Counted from the stretch's first letter, positions 51,138-61,248 are shown. The stretch is 64,000 nt of DNA from an uncultured Alphaproteobacteria bacterium (GCA_902607435.1 CACLJX010000008.1:2427-66426), one strand, 5' to 3'. The notes: a model not told the origin generated them from the letters alone. Numbers and translations are program-made.

Positions 51138-53588
51138 ATGAATAAAAATCTTCCTTCTGCTACAAAAGTCGTTGTAATCGGTGGCGGAGTGGCAGGATGT
51201 TCTGTTGCTTATCATCTCGCAAAATATGGCTGGAAAGATGTTATACTTTTAGAACGTGATCAATTAACCTCTGGAACTACATGGCATGCAGCCGGATTAG
51301 TAGGTCAATTAGGTGCTTCAGCAACAATAACAAAATTTCGCAAATATTCTTTAGATTTATACAAACAACTAGAAAAGGAAACAGAACTATCTACAGGATT
51401 AAAACAAAATGGAGCTGTCACTGTTGCTACAACAACAAGTCGTCTTGAGGAATTAAAAAGACAAGCAACAACGGCCCAACTTTTTGATGTTGAAGCAAAC
51501 ATATTAAATCCTTCTGAAATAAAAAAATTATATCCTATTATAAATACAGATGAAATCATCGGAGGAGTGCATATGCCTTTGGACGGTCAGGCAGATCCTG
51601 TTGGTGTTACAAATGTTCTAGCCAAGGCAGCAAAAATGGAAGGCGTAAAAATTTTTGAAAAATGCCCTGTAAAAAAAATACTTGTTCAAAAAAATAAGAT
51701 AGTTGGTGTGGAAACTGATGAAGGAAAAATTGATTGTGAGTATATTGTTTTAGCAACAGGTATGTGGTCGCGACAGCTAGCAGCTGAAGTTGATGTTAGT
51801 GTTCCTTTATATCCAGATGAACATTTTTATATTTTAACCGAACCTGTTGAAGGTATTGATCGTTCATTGCCTGTATTACGAGACTATAATCATTGTTTAT
51901 ACATAAAAGAAGATGCGGGAAAACTATTAGTTGGTATTTTTGAACCAAATGCTAAACCAGCTTTCATAAATACAAAAATAGTACCAAATGACTTTTCTTT
52001 TGGTGAACTTCCTGAAGATTTTGAACATTTTGAGCCCTATTTAAAGCATGCTATTAAAAGAATCCCAGCACTAGAGCAAGCTGGGATACGTAAGTTCTTT
52101 TGTGGTCCAGAAAGTTTCACACCGGATACAAATTATCTTCTTGGAGAAACACCTGAGGTAAAAAATTTTTTTGTTTGTTGTGGTTTTAATAGTATTGGAC
52201 TTGCAAGTTCAGGTGGCGCAGGTCGTGCAACTGCAGAGTGGATGATAAATGGTGGAATTAGTGAAGATATATTTTCTTTAGATATTAGCCGCTTTGAAAA
52301 ATTTCATTCGAAGATAAAATTCATTACAGAAAGAGTAACTGAAACACTCGGTGATTTATACGCAATGCATTGGCCTTACAAACAACATACTACATCTCGT
52401 AATCAAAAACTATTACCTTACCATAATAGTTTAAAAAAAGTTTCTGCCTGCTTTGGAGTTGGCGGAGGTTATGAAAGACCTATGTGGTATGCACTTAATG
52501 CCAATAAACCAGAATATCAATATAGTTTCGGTTATCAAAATTGGTATGAATCTGCAAAACATGAAACTATTCATGCTAGAAAACACGCTGCTCTTTTTGA
52601 ATTAACTCCTTTTTCAAAATTTGAAATAAAAGGATCACAAGCACATGATCTATTACAATATCTATGCGCAAATAATATTAAAGACATTGATGGTGCAACT
52701 ACGTATACGCAAATGTTAAACCCTAATGGTGGCATCGAAGCTGATTTAACTGTAACTTGTATAGAAAAAAATAATTTTAGGGTAATTAGCGGGGCTGCAG
52801 TACGAACACATGATAAGAAACATATTCTTAGTAATCTAAAATTTGATGTAGAATTTAATGACATAACAGAAAAGTTTGCTTGTTTAGGTATTTTTGGACC
52901 AAAAAGTAAAGAATTATTAACTGAACTAGTTGGGAATGAATTTAATACTGAACAATTTCCTTTTGCTACAGGTAAATTTTTAAAACTGTTAGGCATTAGT
53001 ATCTGGTTTCAACGGCTGTCTTATGTCGGGGAATTAGGTTGGGAGATTTATATTCCAATGCAAAATGCCAAAAAAATCTATGATGTAATTATTGAAGCTG
53101 GAAAAAATCATAATTTAACTCACGCTGGTGCACATGCCATGGATATTATGCGTATGGAAAAAATGTATCTGCATTGGGGACATGATATATCTCCTGAAGA
53201 AAATCCTTACCAAGCAGGCTTAGGATTTGCTGTCCAACTAAATAAAGAACAAGATTTTATAGGAAAAAATGCTTTAAAAAACATCAAACAAAGTCAATTA
53301 ACTAAAAGAATTTTTATGTTAACTTTAGATAACTCCAAACCAGGCCAACCCTTGTTATTACATGATGAACCAATTTACTGTGAAGAAAAAATTATTGGTG
53401 AAACAACATCTGGTAACTATTCCTTTAACTATAAAAAAAATATGGCTTTGGGTTATCTTAATTTGTTGGATTCAAAAGAAGAATTACAAAAAAAACAATT
53501 TCAAATTGAAGTGGCAAAAACTAAATACGATGCAACTCTTCAATTAAATGCACTACATGATCCAACAAATATTTTGTTGAAAAAATAA
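51138..53588 (+). CDS. Dimethylglycine/sarcosine dehydrogenase-like flavoprotein (DAO + GcvT domains)
   Basis: GGGV.G, LTSGTTWHAAG (covalent-FAD His motif), GPESFTPD, SYVGELGWE, R.EK.Y.HWG. Confidence 0.9.
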   Translation: MNKNLPSATKVVVIGGGVAGCSVAYHLAKYGWKDVILLERDQLTSGTTWHAAGLVGQLGASATITKFRKYSLDLYKQLEKETELSTGLKQNGAVTVATTTSRLEELKRQATTAQLFDVEANILNPSEIKKLYPIINTDEIIGGVHMPLDGQADPVGVTNVLAKAAKMEGVKIFEKCPVKKILVQKNKIVGVETDEGKIDCEYIVLATGMWSRQLAAEVDVSVPLYPDEHFYILTEPVEGIDRSLPVLRDYNHCLYIKEDAGKLLVGIFEPNAKPAFINTKIVPNDFSFGELPEDFEHFEPYLKHAIKRIPALEQAGIRKFFCGPESFTPDTNYLLGETPEVKNFFVCCGFNSIGLASSGGAGRATAEWMINGGISEDIFSLDISRFEKFHSKIKFITERVTETLGDLYAMHWPYKQHTTSRNQKLLPYHNSLKKVSACFGVGGGYERPMWYALNANKPEYQYSFGYQNWYESAKHETIHARKHAALFELTPFSKFEIKGSQAHDLLQYLCANNIKDIDGATTYTQMLNPNGGIEADLTVTCIEKNNFRVISGAAVRTHDKKHILSNLKFDVEFNDITEKFACLGIFGPKSKELLTELVGNEFNTEQFPFATGKFLKLLGISIWFQRLSYVGELGWEIYIPMQNAKKIYDVIIEAGKNHNLTHAGAHAMDIMRMEKMYLHWGHDISPEENPYQAGLGFAVQLNKEQDFIGKNALKNIKQSQLTKRIFMLTLDNSKPGQPLLLHDEPIYCEEKIIGETTSGNYSFNYKKNMALGYLNLLDSKEELQKKQFQIEVAKTKYDATLQLNALHDPTNILLKK

Positions 53589-53589
53589 A

Positions 53590-54669
53590 TTGAAAAAATT
53601 ATTTATCATTTTGTTATCGTGTGTATTTATCTGTGTAATAATTATATTTGTTGTTCGTGACCGATTTAGTATTGAAACAATAATATCAAATATTGAAAAC
53701 CAAGCTGGCTTGGATATTAAATTAAATGATATAAGCAAATATGTATTTTATCCTTCAATCAATTTTAATAATGAAAATGTCACTATAAATAAAAAAGATA
53801 TCCAACTTATTATTAAAAAAGCTAACATAAATATTTCTAAAAATTATTGGCCTACTTCTCCAATAAATTTAAATCTAACAACTCCTACTATCAATTACCA
53901 AGGGATAGAAATACGTGATGCTATTATAGATGCCTCCTATCAAAATAACATCATAACTATTAATAGCTTTATTGGAAAAATCATTGAAGGAGATGTTGAT
54001 TTAATTGGAAAAATAGAAATTAATGAAAAACAATCCTTTAATATTAAAGGCAATTTTAAAAATATTTCACTTAATACTCTTCTACAACAATCTCAAATGG
54101 CGAAATGGGACAGAGTAAATATTAAATTATCTTCAACTAATTTAAGTATATCTGGAAAAATTAATGATAATAATCCATTATTGGTTTTAAATGGAACTAT
54201 TCCTATTACAGGTATATTTTATTTAACAACTACTGAAGAAGAAAAATTTGGGGCTACTTTTCTTTCATTATTAGTTGAAAAAATTCCAGACTTATCTTCT
54301 ATTAGTAAGTCAATAAATTTTATAGTGTTTAATTATTCTAATATTCCAACTTCTCTTATTGGTGTTTTACAAATTAAAAATGGATTAATTAAGAGCGATG
54401 AAATTTTAATTCAAAATAAAAGTGCTAAATCTACATTAAAAGGATCTTACAATTTTATAAAAAATGAAATTGATGGTACAATATATTTTTTTAAAGAAAA
54501 TGATATTTTTGTTGAAGCACAATTAAAAGGTGAAATTGATAATCCACAAATTCTTGTTGGAGGGAAAGTTTTTGCTGAAAATGAAGAGGAACCACTTCAA
54601 GATATAAAAAAATTATTTGAGGAGGGTATTAATTCACTCATAAACAAACTATTAAATATAGATGAGTAG
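53590..54669 (+). CDS. AsmA-like protein
   Basis: N-terminal TM anchor, beta-rich body, C-terminal L.G...NP and terminal helix. Confidence 0.65.
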   Translation: MKKLFIILLSCVFICVIIIFVVRDRFSIETIISNIENQAGLDIKLNDISKYVFYPSINFNNENVTINKKDIQLIIKKANINISKNYWPTSPINLNLTTPTINYQGIEIRDAIIDASYQNNIITINSFIGKIIEGDVDLIGKIEINEKQSFNIKGNFKNISLNTLLQQSQMAKWDRVNIKLSSTNLSISGKINDNNPLLVLNGTIPITGIFYLTTTEEEKFGATFLSLLVEKIPDLSSISKSINFIVFNYSNIPTSLIGVLQIKNGLIKSDEILIQNKSAKSTLKGSYNFIKNEIDGTIYFFKENDIFVEAQLKGEIDNPQILVGGKVFAENEEEPLQDIKKLFEEGINSLINKLLNIDE

Positions 54670-55597
54670 TGTACTTGCTACAATTATGGGAGTTTTTAGC
54701 TATATTTTAGCTGGTTATATTTTGAAAAAAATTAATATTGTATCCACTAATATAGAAAAAATATTTTCATCAATTAGCTTTAATTTTTTGCTCCCACTTG
54801 CACTCATCGTAAACTTTTGGCTTATTGCTTTCCCTAATATTGTTGTTTTAAAATTAATAATTAGTTTTTTTGGAGCTGGTATTCTCATATTTATTATTTC
54901 CTTTTTTATTAGCAAGCAATTTTATAAGTTTAAAGTTGATGATAGTGCTCTCTTTGGTCTAGGAGCTTGCTTTGGTAATTCAGTAGCACTTGGTATTCCG
55001 TTAATGTATTCAATTTTAGGACCTGTCGATGCTATGCCCTATATGATCCTAGTATTATTTCATGGTATCATACACTTTACCTATACAACAATTATTATTG
55101 AAAGTTACCGAAATAGAAACCAATCAAATATTAATAAAATAATTAAAACAATATTTGGATTGGTGCAGAATATTATTCTAGTAGGAATGTTTGTTGGCCT
55201 AGCTCTAAATTATTTTGAAATTCCTTTTCCAAATACTTTACAAAACATCTTGCAACCAATTGCAAAACTTGCTTTGCCCACAGTACTTGTTTCAATGGGA
55301 ATGGCGCTTGGAGGATTTAAGATAACTGCCAATTTATCTTACTCTATTGTTCTCACAACTTTAAAAAACTTTATTCATCCTTTAATTGCATTTATTTTAG
55401 CTAAATACATTTTGTTTATGTCACCACTTTTAGTTTTTATTGTCACAATGGCTGCTGCCCTACCCAGTGGGACACAAACATATTATTTTAGTTATAGATA
55501 CAACTCTTTACAAAATATCATATCAACTAACATTGTTATTAGTACCTTTGTGAGTTTCTTTACACTCTCAATAATTTTATTACTATTTAGTTATTAG
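54662..55597 (+). CDS. AEC (auxin efflux carrier/malonate permease) family transporter
   Basis: FGNS..LGIP, LKN.IHP, AALPSG, about 10 TM helices. Confidence 0.88.
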   Translation: MSSVLATIMGVFSYILAGYILKKINIVSTNIEKIFSSISFNFLLPLALIVNFWLIAFPNIVVLKLIISFFGAGILIFIISFFISKQFYKFKVDDSALFGLGACFGNSVALGIPLMYSILGPVDAMPYMILVLFHGIIHFTYTTIIIESYRNRNQSNINKIIKTIFGLVQNIILVGMFVGLALNYFEIPFPNTLQNILQPIAKLALPTVLVSMGMALGGFKITANLSYSIVLTTLKNFIHPLIAFILAKYILFMSPLLVFIVTMAAALPSGTQTYYFSYRYNSLQNIISTNIVISTFVSFFTLSIILLLFSY

Positions 55598-56133
55598 GCA
55601 GAGTTTGATAATCTATTGATTAGCATTTCTTTTTTTTGGATTATAGAAGAATTATTTGGAAAAATTTCTAACATTGTATCATAGACATCTATTGCTTTAT
55701 CAAGCTGTTGATAATGAATAAAAATTAAACCCATGCCATCCATTGCTCCAAAATGTCGAGGCTCTAACTTCAATGTTTCATGAATATCTATCATAGAAGC
55801 ATCAAATTTTCCTAGCATATAGTAAACTGTTGCACGTTTATTCCACCCTTCAGCAAAATTTGGATTTTTATCTATAACGCGAGTAAAAAAAGCAACTGCC
55901 ATTAGCAAGTCCCCAGTACGCATAGATTCTAAGCCTCGATAAAAATCTGCTTCTATAATAGGATCGTTGGTTTCATGCCATATATCCCAAATACTAGATG
56001 TCACTTCATTTATTTTAATTTTATTTTCTGTTTTAGATAAAATCTTAAATAAATCTTCAAGACGAGGATCATTTTGATCAGCTTTTAGAGAAAAAGCGAA
56101 AAGTAAAAAAACAATTAAGGTTCTAGATAACAT
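55594..56133 (-). CDS. Exported TPR-repeat protein
   Basis: Signal peptide; P.FAEGWNKRAT, L.LEPRHFGA. Confidence 0.88.
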   Translation of the reverse strand: MLSRTLIVFLLFAFSLKADQNDPRLEDLFKILSKTENKIKINEVTSSIWDIWHETNDPIIEADFYRGLESMRTGDLLMAVAFFTRVIDKNPNFAEGWNKRATVYYMLGKFDASMIDIHETLKLEPRHFGAMDGMGLIFIHYQQLDKAIDVYDTMLEIFPNNSSIIQKKEMLINRLSNSA

Positions 56134-56191
56134 TTATGAATAATATGATAATGTAGATTTATTAAAATTAAATCAAAAGAAAACAACGATA

Positions 56192-56815
56192 ATGATTAAT
56201 CTATACACATGGCCCACTCCTAATGGACGTAAAATAAGCATTTTATTAGAAGAATTAGAGATTTCTTATAATGTTATTCCTATAAACATTAATAAAAACG
56301 AGCAATTTTCAAAAGAATTTTCATTAATTTCGCCTAGCAATAAAATACCAGCAATTTTTGATCAAGAAGCTAAAAAAAATATTTTTGAATCTGGAGCTAT
56401 CATGTTGTATCTCGCTGATAAGTTTAAAAAATTTTTACCGATTAAATACCACTGGCAGGTAATCGAATGGTTTATGTTTCAACAAACTCAGGTAGGTCCT
56501 CTTTTAGGTCAAACACATCAATTTCTTTTTTATAATCCTGGGAAAAGTAAATTTGCAGAAGAAAAATATAAAAATTATGCGAAAAGAATTTATCAAACAT
56601 TAGACCTTCAATTAAAAAAAAATGAATATTTAGGATTCAAATACTCTATTGCAGATATAGCTACTTGGCCTTGGGTAGCACGCTTTGAAAGACAACGTAT
56701 TGATTTAGAAAAATATCCTAACGTTTTACGATGGTACAAATTAATAGCTGACAGACCGGCTGTTATTAAAGGTTATAATGTTGTTGGAACATTTGAAAAG
56801 ATTCCACTTACATAA
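56192..56815 (+). CDS. Glutathione S-transferase, nu class (YfcG-like)
   Basis: TPNG.KI.I.LEE, KIPAI, FESGAI, YSIADIATWPW. Confidence 0.92.
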   Translation: MINLYTWPTPNGRKISILLEELEISYNVIPININKNEQFSKEFSLISPSNKIPAIFDQEAKKNIFESGAIMLYLADKFKKFLPIKYHWQVIEWFMFQQTQVGPLLGQTHQFLFYNPGKSKFAEEKYKNYAKRIYQTLDLQLKKNEYLGFKYSIADIATWPWVARFERQRIDLEKYPNVLRWYKLIADRPAVIKGYNVVGTFEKIPLT

Positions 56816-56820
56816 GTAAT

Positions 56821-57420
56821 TTATATTACAATTGAAATAGCTGTTCCAAAAAGAAGTATTGCCAAAAGATATTCGATAATTTTCTTTAATTTTTCATTGC
56901 TTAGATAATGCCGTATAACGCTTCCGCCAAATGCCCACATACTTATTGATGGTAGATTTATAATCGTAGACATAATTACCAGGAAAAGTGTCCCTATTAT
57001 TAAATTTTCTTTTTCTGGATAAAATAACGATACAGCTGTAATACAAATAACCCATGCTTTTGGGTTAACAAATTGAAACAAGATAGCTTCATAATATTTT
57101 AAGGGAGATGATTTTTCGTCTGTTGTTGAAATATTTAATGAACCGAACATTTTCCAAGCCAAATATAAAAGATAACAAGCACCGATATATTTTAATATTT
57201 CAAATAGTATAGGAAATTGCATAAATAAACTTCCTAAGCCAAAACAAACTAGTGCAAGTTGAATGCCATGTCCTGAAGAAATACCGATAATATTTGGAAT
57301 AGATTTTATAAAACCAAACTTTATTCCAGATGCAGTAAGTATGCTATTATTAGGACCAGGCGTCCCATACATCACAAAATAATACACACTGATAGTAACA
57401 ATTAGCTCCCATGTAATCAT
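56821..57420 (-). CDS. LysE family exporter
   Basis: TPGPNN, G..YLLYLAWK, FQFVNPKAW. Confidence 0.92.
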   Translation of the reverse strand: MITWELIVTISVYYFVMYGTPGPNNSILTASGIKFGFIKSIPNIIGISSGHGIQLALVCFGLGSLFMQFPILFEILKYIGACYLLYLAWKMFGSLNISTTDEKSSPLKYYEAILFQFVNPKAWVICITAVSLFYPEKENLIIGTLFLVIMSTIINLPSISMWAFGGSVIRHYLSNEKLKKIIEYLLAILLFGTAISIVI

Positions 57421-57424
57421 AAAA

Positions 57425-57910
57425 TTAATCGCGAAAGTTTACAAATTGAACAGGAATGCCGATTTTAGCTTCTTCAATCATTTGCATTACTGTTTGTAAA
57501 TCATCTTTCTTTTTGCCATCTACTCTCAATTCATTACCATTGATTTTTACTTGTACTTTAATTTTAGAGTTTTTGACATCAGCTGTAATTTTTTTTGCAA
57601 TAGTTTGCTCGATACCTTCTACAAGTTTATAGATTTGACGAATTTTATTACCTCCTGCCTTTTCTTTACTGCCAGAACTTAAACATAAAGGATCAACCTT
57701 ACGTCTTACAAAATGTGTAACTATCAAATCGCGTACTTGTTTCAATTTTAATTCATCGTCTGTGACTACTGTAAGTTCTTTGTCTTTATGCTCAATTGTT
57801 GTGTTGGAACCTTTAAAATCATACCGATTGCCAATTTCACGCAGTGCATTGCCAATCGCATTATCAATTTCTTGAAAATCTAATCGGCTAACAACATCAA
57901 AACTAGGCAT
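57425..57910 (-). CDS. yajQ: YajQ family nucleotide-binding protein
   Basis: MPSFDVVS, RYDFKGS, RV.GKKKDDLQ, QF.NFRD. Confidence 0.95.
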   Translation of the reverse strand: MPSFDVVSRLDFQEIDNAIGNALREIGNRYDFKGSNTTIEHKDKELTVVTDDELKLKQVRDLIVTHFVRRKVDPLCLSSGSKEKAGGNKIRQIYKLVEGIEQTIAKKITADVKNSKIKVQVKINGNELRVDGKKKDDLQTVMQMIEEAKIGIPVQFVNFRD

Positions 57911-57929
57911 AAATTAAAGAACATTTCCC

Positions 57930-58895
57930 TTAATTTATGTCGTCCTCTGAATCAATAGGCAATTGTTTATTAGTTGAAAGCCTACCCAAATTTTTCATTT
58001 TTTGAACCTTCTTTGTTAAACTTCCTGGCCCATCTTGTAGTCGTAATTTTGCCTCGTCCATTTTATCTTTAGCTTTGTTTATAGATTGATTGGCTTGATT
58101 AAATGATTCATACACATTAACAGTCTTTTCATAAATTTCAGTTGCTGCTGAGGCTATATCTTTGATTTGTTTTGTTTGTTTATCTATACGCCACATATTT
58201 TCAATTGCCTTTAACAAAAAAGGAAGAGTTGATGGACCTACAATAATGATTTTTTTTTGCCATGCGTCTTCAACAATTTTTTTTCCTTCATTATAAAGCG
58301 CTAATAATGCTGGCTCTATAGGCATAAACATTAATACGTTATCAATGGTATTAAGCTCATATAGGCTTGCATAATTATCTTTACTTAAATCTCTAACAAA
58401 ATTTTTAACAGACTCCAAAAATTTTTTTAGATGTTGCGACTTATGGTTTTCTTCCTTTGCATTAGAATAATCATGCCAGGCACTTAAAGAGACTTTAGAA
58501 TCAATTATGATATCACGTTTTCCTGGCATATGAACAATAACATCAGGTTTCTGTAAATTGCCATCAGTGCCCTTATAAGCTTTTTGTGTCTCGTATTCCT
58601 CCCCTTCTCTAAGTCCAGCACTATCCAATATATTTTTTAAAACAAATTCTCCCCATGCCCCTTGTTGCTGAGAACCGCCTCGGATCAAACTATTTTCAAT
58701 ACGATCTTGAGCTAAATTAAAATTTTGCAAGGATTGTTGAATTGACTTAATGTTATCTTTTAAAGATACTAAATCATCATTTTCTTTATTTTCGGAAGCT
58801 TGTTTGTAAGTAAGGAAGTAATATAATAATGCTATAATTCCTGCTCCAGAAAAAAAACCGAGCAAGAAAATAATTATTTGATTACTAAATTCCAT
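57930..58895 (-). CDS. rmuC: DNA recombination protein RmuC family
   Basis: N-terminal TM, G.WGE..L..IL...GL, PD.I...P, IDSKVSL, V.MF.P.E. Confidence 0.9.
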   Translation of the reverse strand: MEFSNQIIIFLLGFFSGAGIIALLYYFLTYKQASENKENDDLVSLKDNIKSIQQSLQNFNLAQDRIENSLIRGGSQQQGAWGEFVLKNILDSAGLREGEEYETQKAYKGTDGNLQKPDVIVHMPGKRDIIIDSKVSLSAWHDYSNAKEENHKSQHLKKFLESVKNFVRDLSKDNYASLYELNTIDNVLMFMPIEPALLALYNEGKKIVEDAWQKKIIIVGPSTLPFLLKAIENMWRIDKQTKQIKDIASAATEIYEKTVNVYESFNQANQSINKAKDKMDEAKLRLQDGPGSLTKKVQKMKNLGRLSTNKQLPIDSEDDIN

Positions 58896-58990
58896 AAATT
58901 AACACTATCCAATAAAACTAGATAAAAAAGTAAATACGTATAATACCTCTTTTAAGTTTTGTTTCACAATAATAAATAATTTGAAAAAAG

Positions 58991-59425
58991 TTAAAATATA
59001 TTGATTGCCCATAAAGCAGAAAAATAAATCACTAAGTACCGTGCTATTTTACCAATAGATACCAATAATAAAAATGGTAAGAATGAATAACGAAGTGTTC
59101 CTGCAACAAATGTAAGTGGATCACCAATAAAAGGTACCCAAGCAAAAAGTAAAGACCATTTTCCGTACTTCAAAAAAAAATTGCTGGCTTTGCTAATTTG
59201 ATTTTGATTAATAGGAAACCATTTTTTTTGAATAAAATAAGCCGCATAATATCCGCATATCCAATTAAATACAGAGCCAAGGATATTACCTACTGAAGCT
59301 ACTATTAAAAGCAATAAAGAATTATAATTATCAATAGCAAGTAAGGTAGCAAAATAAATTTCTGATCCAAATGGAATAATGGTAGCAACCAAAAAACTTA
59401 CTACAAATAAAGAAAAATATATCAT
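58991..59425 (-). CDS. YqaA / DedA-like inner membrane protein
   Basis: SFL.AT..P.GSE, GN.LGS..N, W.PFIGDPL...AG, GK..RY. Confidence 0.9.
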   Translation of the reverse strand: MIYFSLFVVSFLVATIIPFGSEIYFATLLAIDNYNSLLLLIVASVGNILGSVFNWICGYYAAYFIQKKWFPINQNQISKASNFFLKYGKWSLLFAWVPFIGDPLTFVAGTLRYSFLPFLLLVSIGKIARYLVIYFSALWAINIF

Positions 59426-59437
59426 AAGTATTATTAA

Positions 59438-60196
59438 TTAAAATAAATATTTTTTTTCTATTTCTTTCATTAAAAGGGAATCATAATAATTGTAATCAAT
59501 AATCTGTTGATATAATTTTTTAATCATTAAATCTATAAAATTCCTATTGTAATTTGCTACATTTTCATGAACATAAGATGGAAGATTGAAACCATAGTAT
59601 GAAATAAATTTATTTATAAATAAGTTGAAAGAATCTACATCACCAATTAGTTTAAAATATTTTAAATTATTAATAGCAGTTTCATAATCAGATTGAGTAA
59701 TTTTATAATCGTTTTCAACATAAAAATATTTTTCATACGGAATGCCTGCAATTGTTTTTGTAACAATATTTGATGTAATAAAGTTATTTTCTAATAATTT
59801 TATTATTATAGGAATATCGTTCTCAGACAAAGTTAATTGAAAAAATACATTTTCATTAATATTTTTTATATTATCTAAATTGCGTTTTTTTTGTAGGTAA
59901 GTATGAAAATATTTAAAATATATGTTGGAAAAAAAATGTTTATGAACATCTCTTACTAAAGTATACAAATCAACATTCTTACATTCATCACTAAAAACAA
60001 AATGACCACTTAAAAAATTTTTTGCTCCTTGTGGCTTAAAATAATCAAAAGAAAATTTGCGAAGATAAAATTTTTTACCTACTTGTAAATAATTAATATT
60101 GTTTTGATTTGATATTTTTTCCAAAATATGATTGAATGTTAATCCTCCAGTTTTTGGTATATGAAGAAAAACTATTGGTTTTAATATATTAAACAT
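59438..60196 (-). CDS. Sulfotransferase family protein
   Basis: FLHIPKTGG.T (5'-PSB loop), GH, TLVRD (3'-PB-like). Confidence 0.75.
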   Translation of the reverse strand: MFNILKPIVFLHIPKTGGLTFNHILEKISNQNNINYLQVGKKFYLRKFSFDYFKPQGAKNFLSGHFVFSDECKNVDLYTLVRDVHKHFFSNIYFKYFHTYLQKKRNLDNIKNINENVFFQLTLSENDIPIIIKLLENNFITSNIVTKTIAGIPYEKYFYVENDYKITQSDYETAINNLKYFKLIGDVDSFNLFINKFISYYGFNLPSYVHENVANYNRNFIDLMIKKLYQQIIDYNYYDSLLMKEIEKKYLF

Positions 60197-60313
60197 CTTT
60201 AATATTCTTTTTTCATAGCATTTTTTAGGTATTAAACTAGGTATTTAATTTGTTATTTTAATAATAAAGTCTATTTATTATTCTACTAAGTATTGATAAC
60301 ATATTGAAATATA

Positions 60314-61153
60314 ATGAATGTAAATGATTTAAAAAAACAATTTAAAAAAATAAATGATTTAAAAAAAAATAATAACTTTGATACTTATACGCTTAATGAA
60401 TTACAGAAATTACCAACATTTAATGGCTTGTGTGAATTAGGTTTTAAAAACACCTCTTTTTATATGATTAATATTTCTAATGACGATGCCATACCTTTGA
60501 AATATTTGTGGAGGAATAAATATGAGCATTTATCACTTAATCTTTGGTATGACATGACAAGAAAAGATGGTTATTTTTTTGATGTTGGTGCTCACACAGG
60601 CATATATTCAATAATAGGAAATCTAAATAAAAACCAAAATAATATTATTTCTATTGAACCGTATTTCCTAAATTTTTCTAGGCTTTTATCCAATTTAAAA
60701 ATAAATAATATAAAACCTAAAAGTTGTTTTTTGGCAGCTGCATCAAATAAAGAAGATGTTGGTAAATTTAATGTTAAAAATGCGCCTGACTACCATAGCA
60801 CTAGCGGAAAGATATCAGAAAATGGAAATATTAATATTCCTAAAATTAAAATTGATAATTTTAAATTAGATAAAACAATTATTGGAATAAAAATAGATAC
60901 TGAAGGTCACGAATTTGAAGTATTGGAAGGCGCACAAAATTATATCAATAAAGATAAACCTGATATAATTTTTGAAATACATAAAAATTGCTTTGATAAG
61001 TGTTTAGGCCTCTTAAAACTTAATGGGTACAATTTTTACTTTATAAATGAAATTGATGAAAAAATTACAGAAATAGAAAAATTTAGCTCTGATTTAAAAA
61101 GACCAGAAGGCTCAAACTGTTATGCTTCAGTCAATAAAATTAAAAAATTGTAA
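60314..61153 (+). CDS. FkbM family methyltransferase
   Basis: FFDVGAHTG.YS, IEP, IKIDTEGHE.EVL.GA, P.IIFE. Confidence 0.9.
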   Translation: MNVNDLKKQFKKINDLKKNNNFDTYTLNELQKLPTFNGLCELGFKNTSFYMINISNDDAIPLKYLWRNKYEHLSLNLWYDMTRKDGYFFDVGAHTGIYSIIGNLNKNQNNIISIEPYFLNFSRLLSNLKINNIKPKSCFLAAASNKEDVGKFNVKNAPDYHSTSGKISENGNINIPKIKIDNFKLDKTIIGIKIDTEGHEFEVLEGAQNYINKDKPDIIFEIHKNCFDKCLGLLKLNGYNFYFINEIDEKITEIEKFSSDLKRPEGSNCYASVNKIKKL

Positions 61154-61209
61154 TTATATATTCTAAATTTTTTGATAGTGCATGTATTACACATCTTCAA
61201 TAAATTAAT

Positions 61210-61248
61210 GAAGTTGAAGTCAAAGATTCGAATCCCTTCGCCCGCTCC
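61210..61248 (+). pseudogene. Decayed 3' half of tRNA-Gly (att-site-like remnant)
   Basis: GAAGTTGAAGTCAAAGATTCGAATCCCTTCGCCCGCTCC resembles the recalled alphaproteobacterial tRNA-Gly 3' half (..GGTTG.GGTCGAGGGTTCGAATCCCTTCGCCCGCTCCA); no 5' GCGGG strand or D-arm upstream; ends CCT, not CCA. Confidence 0.75.
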
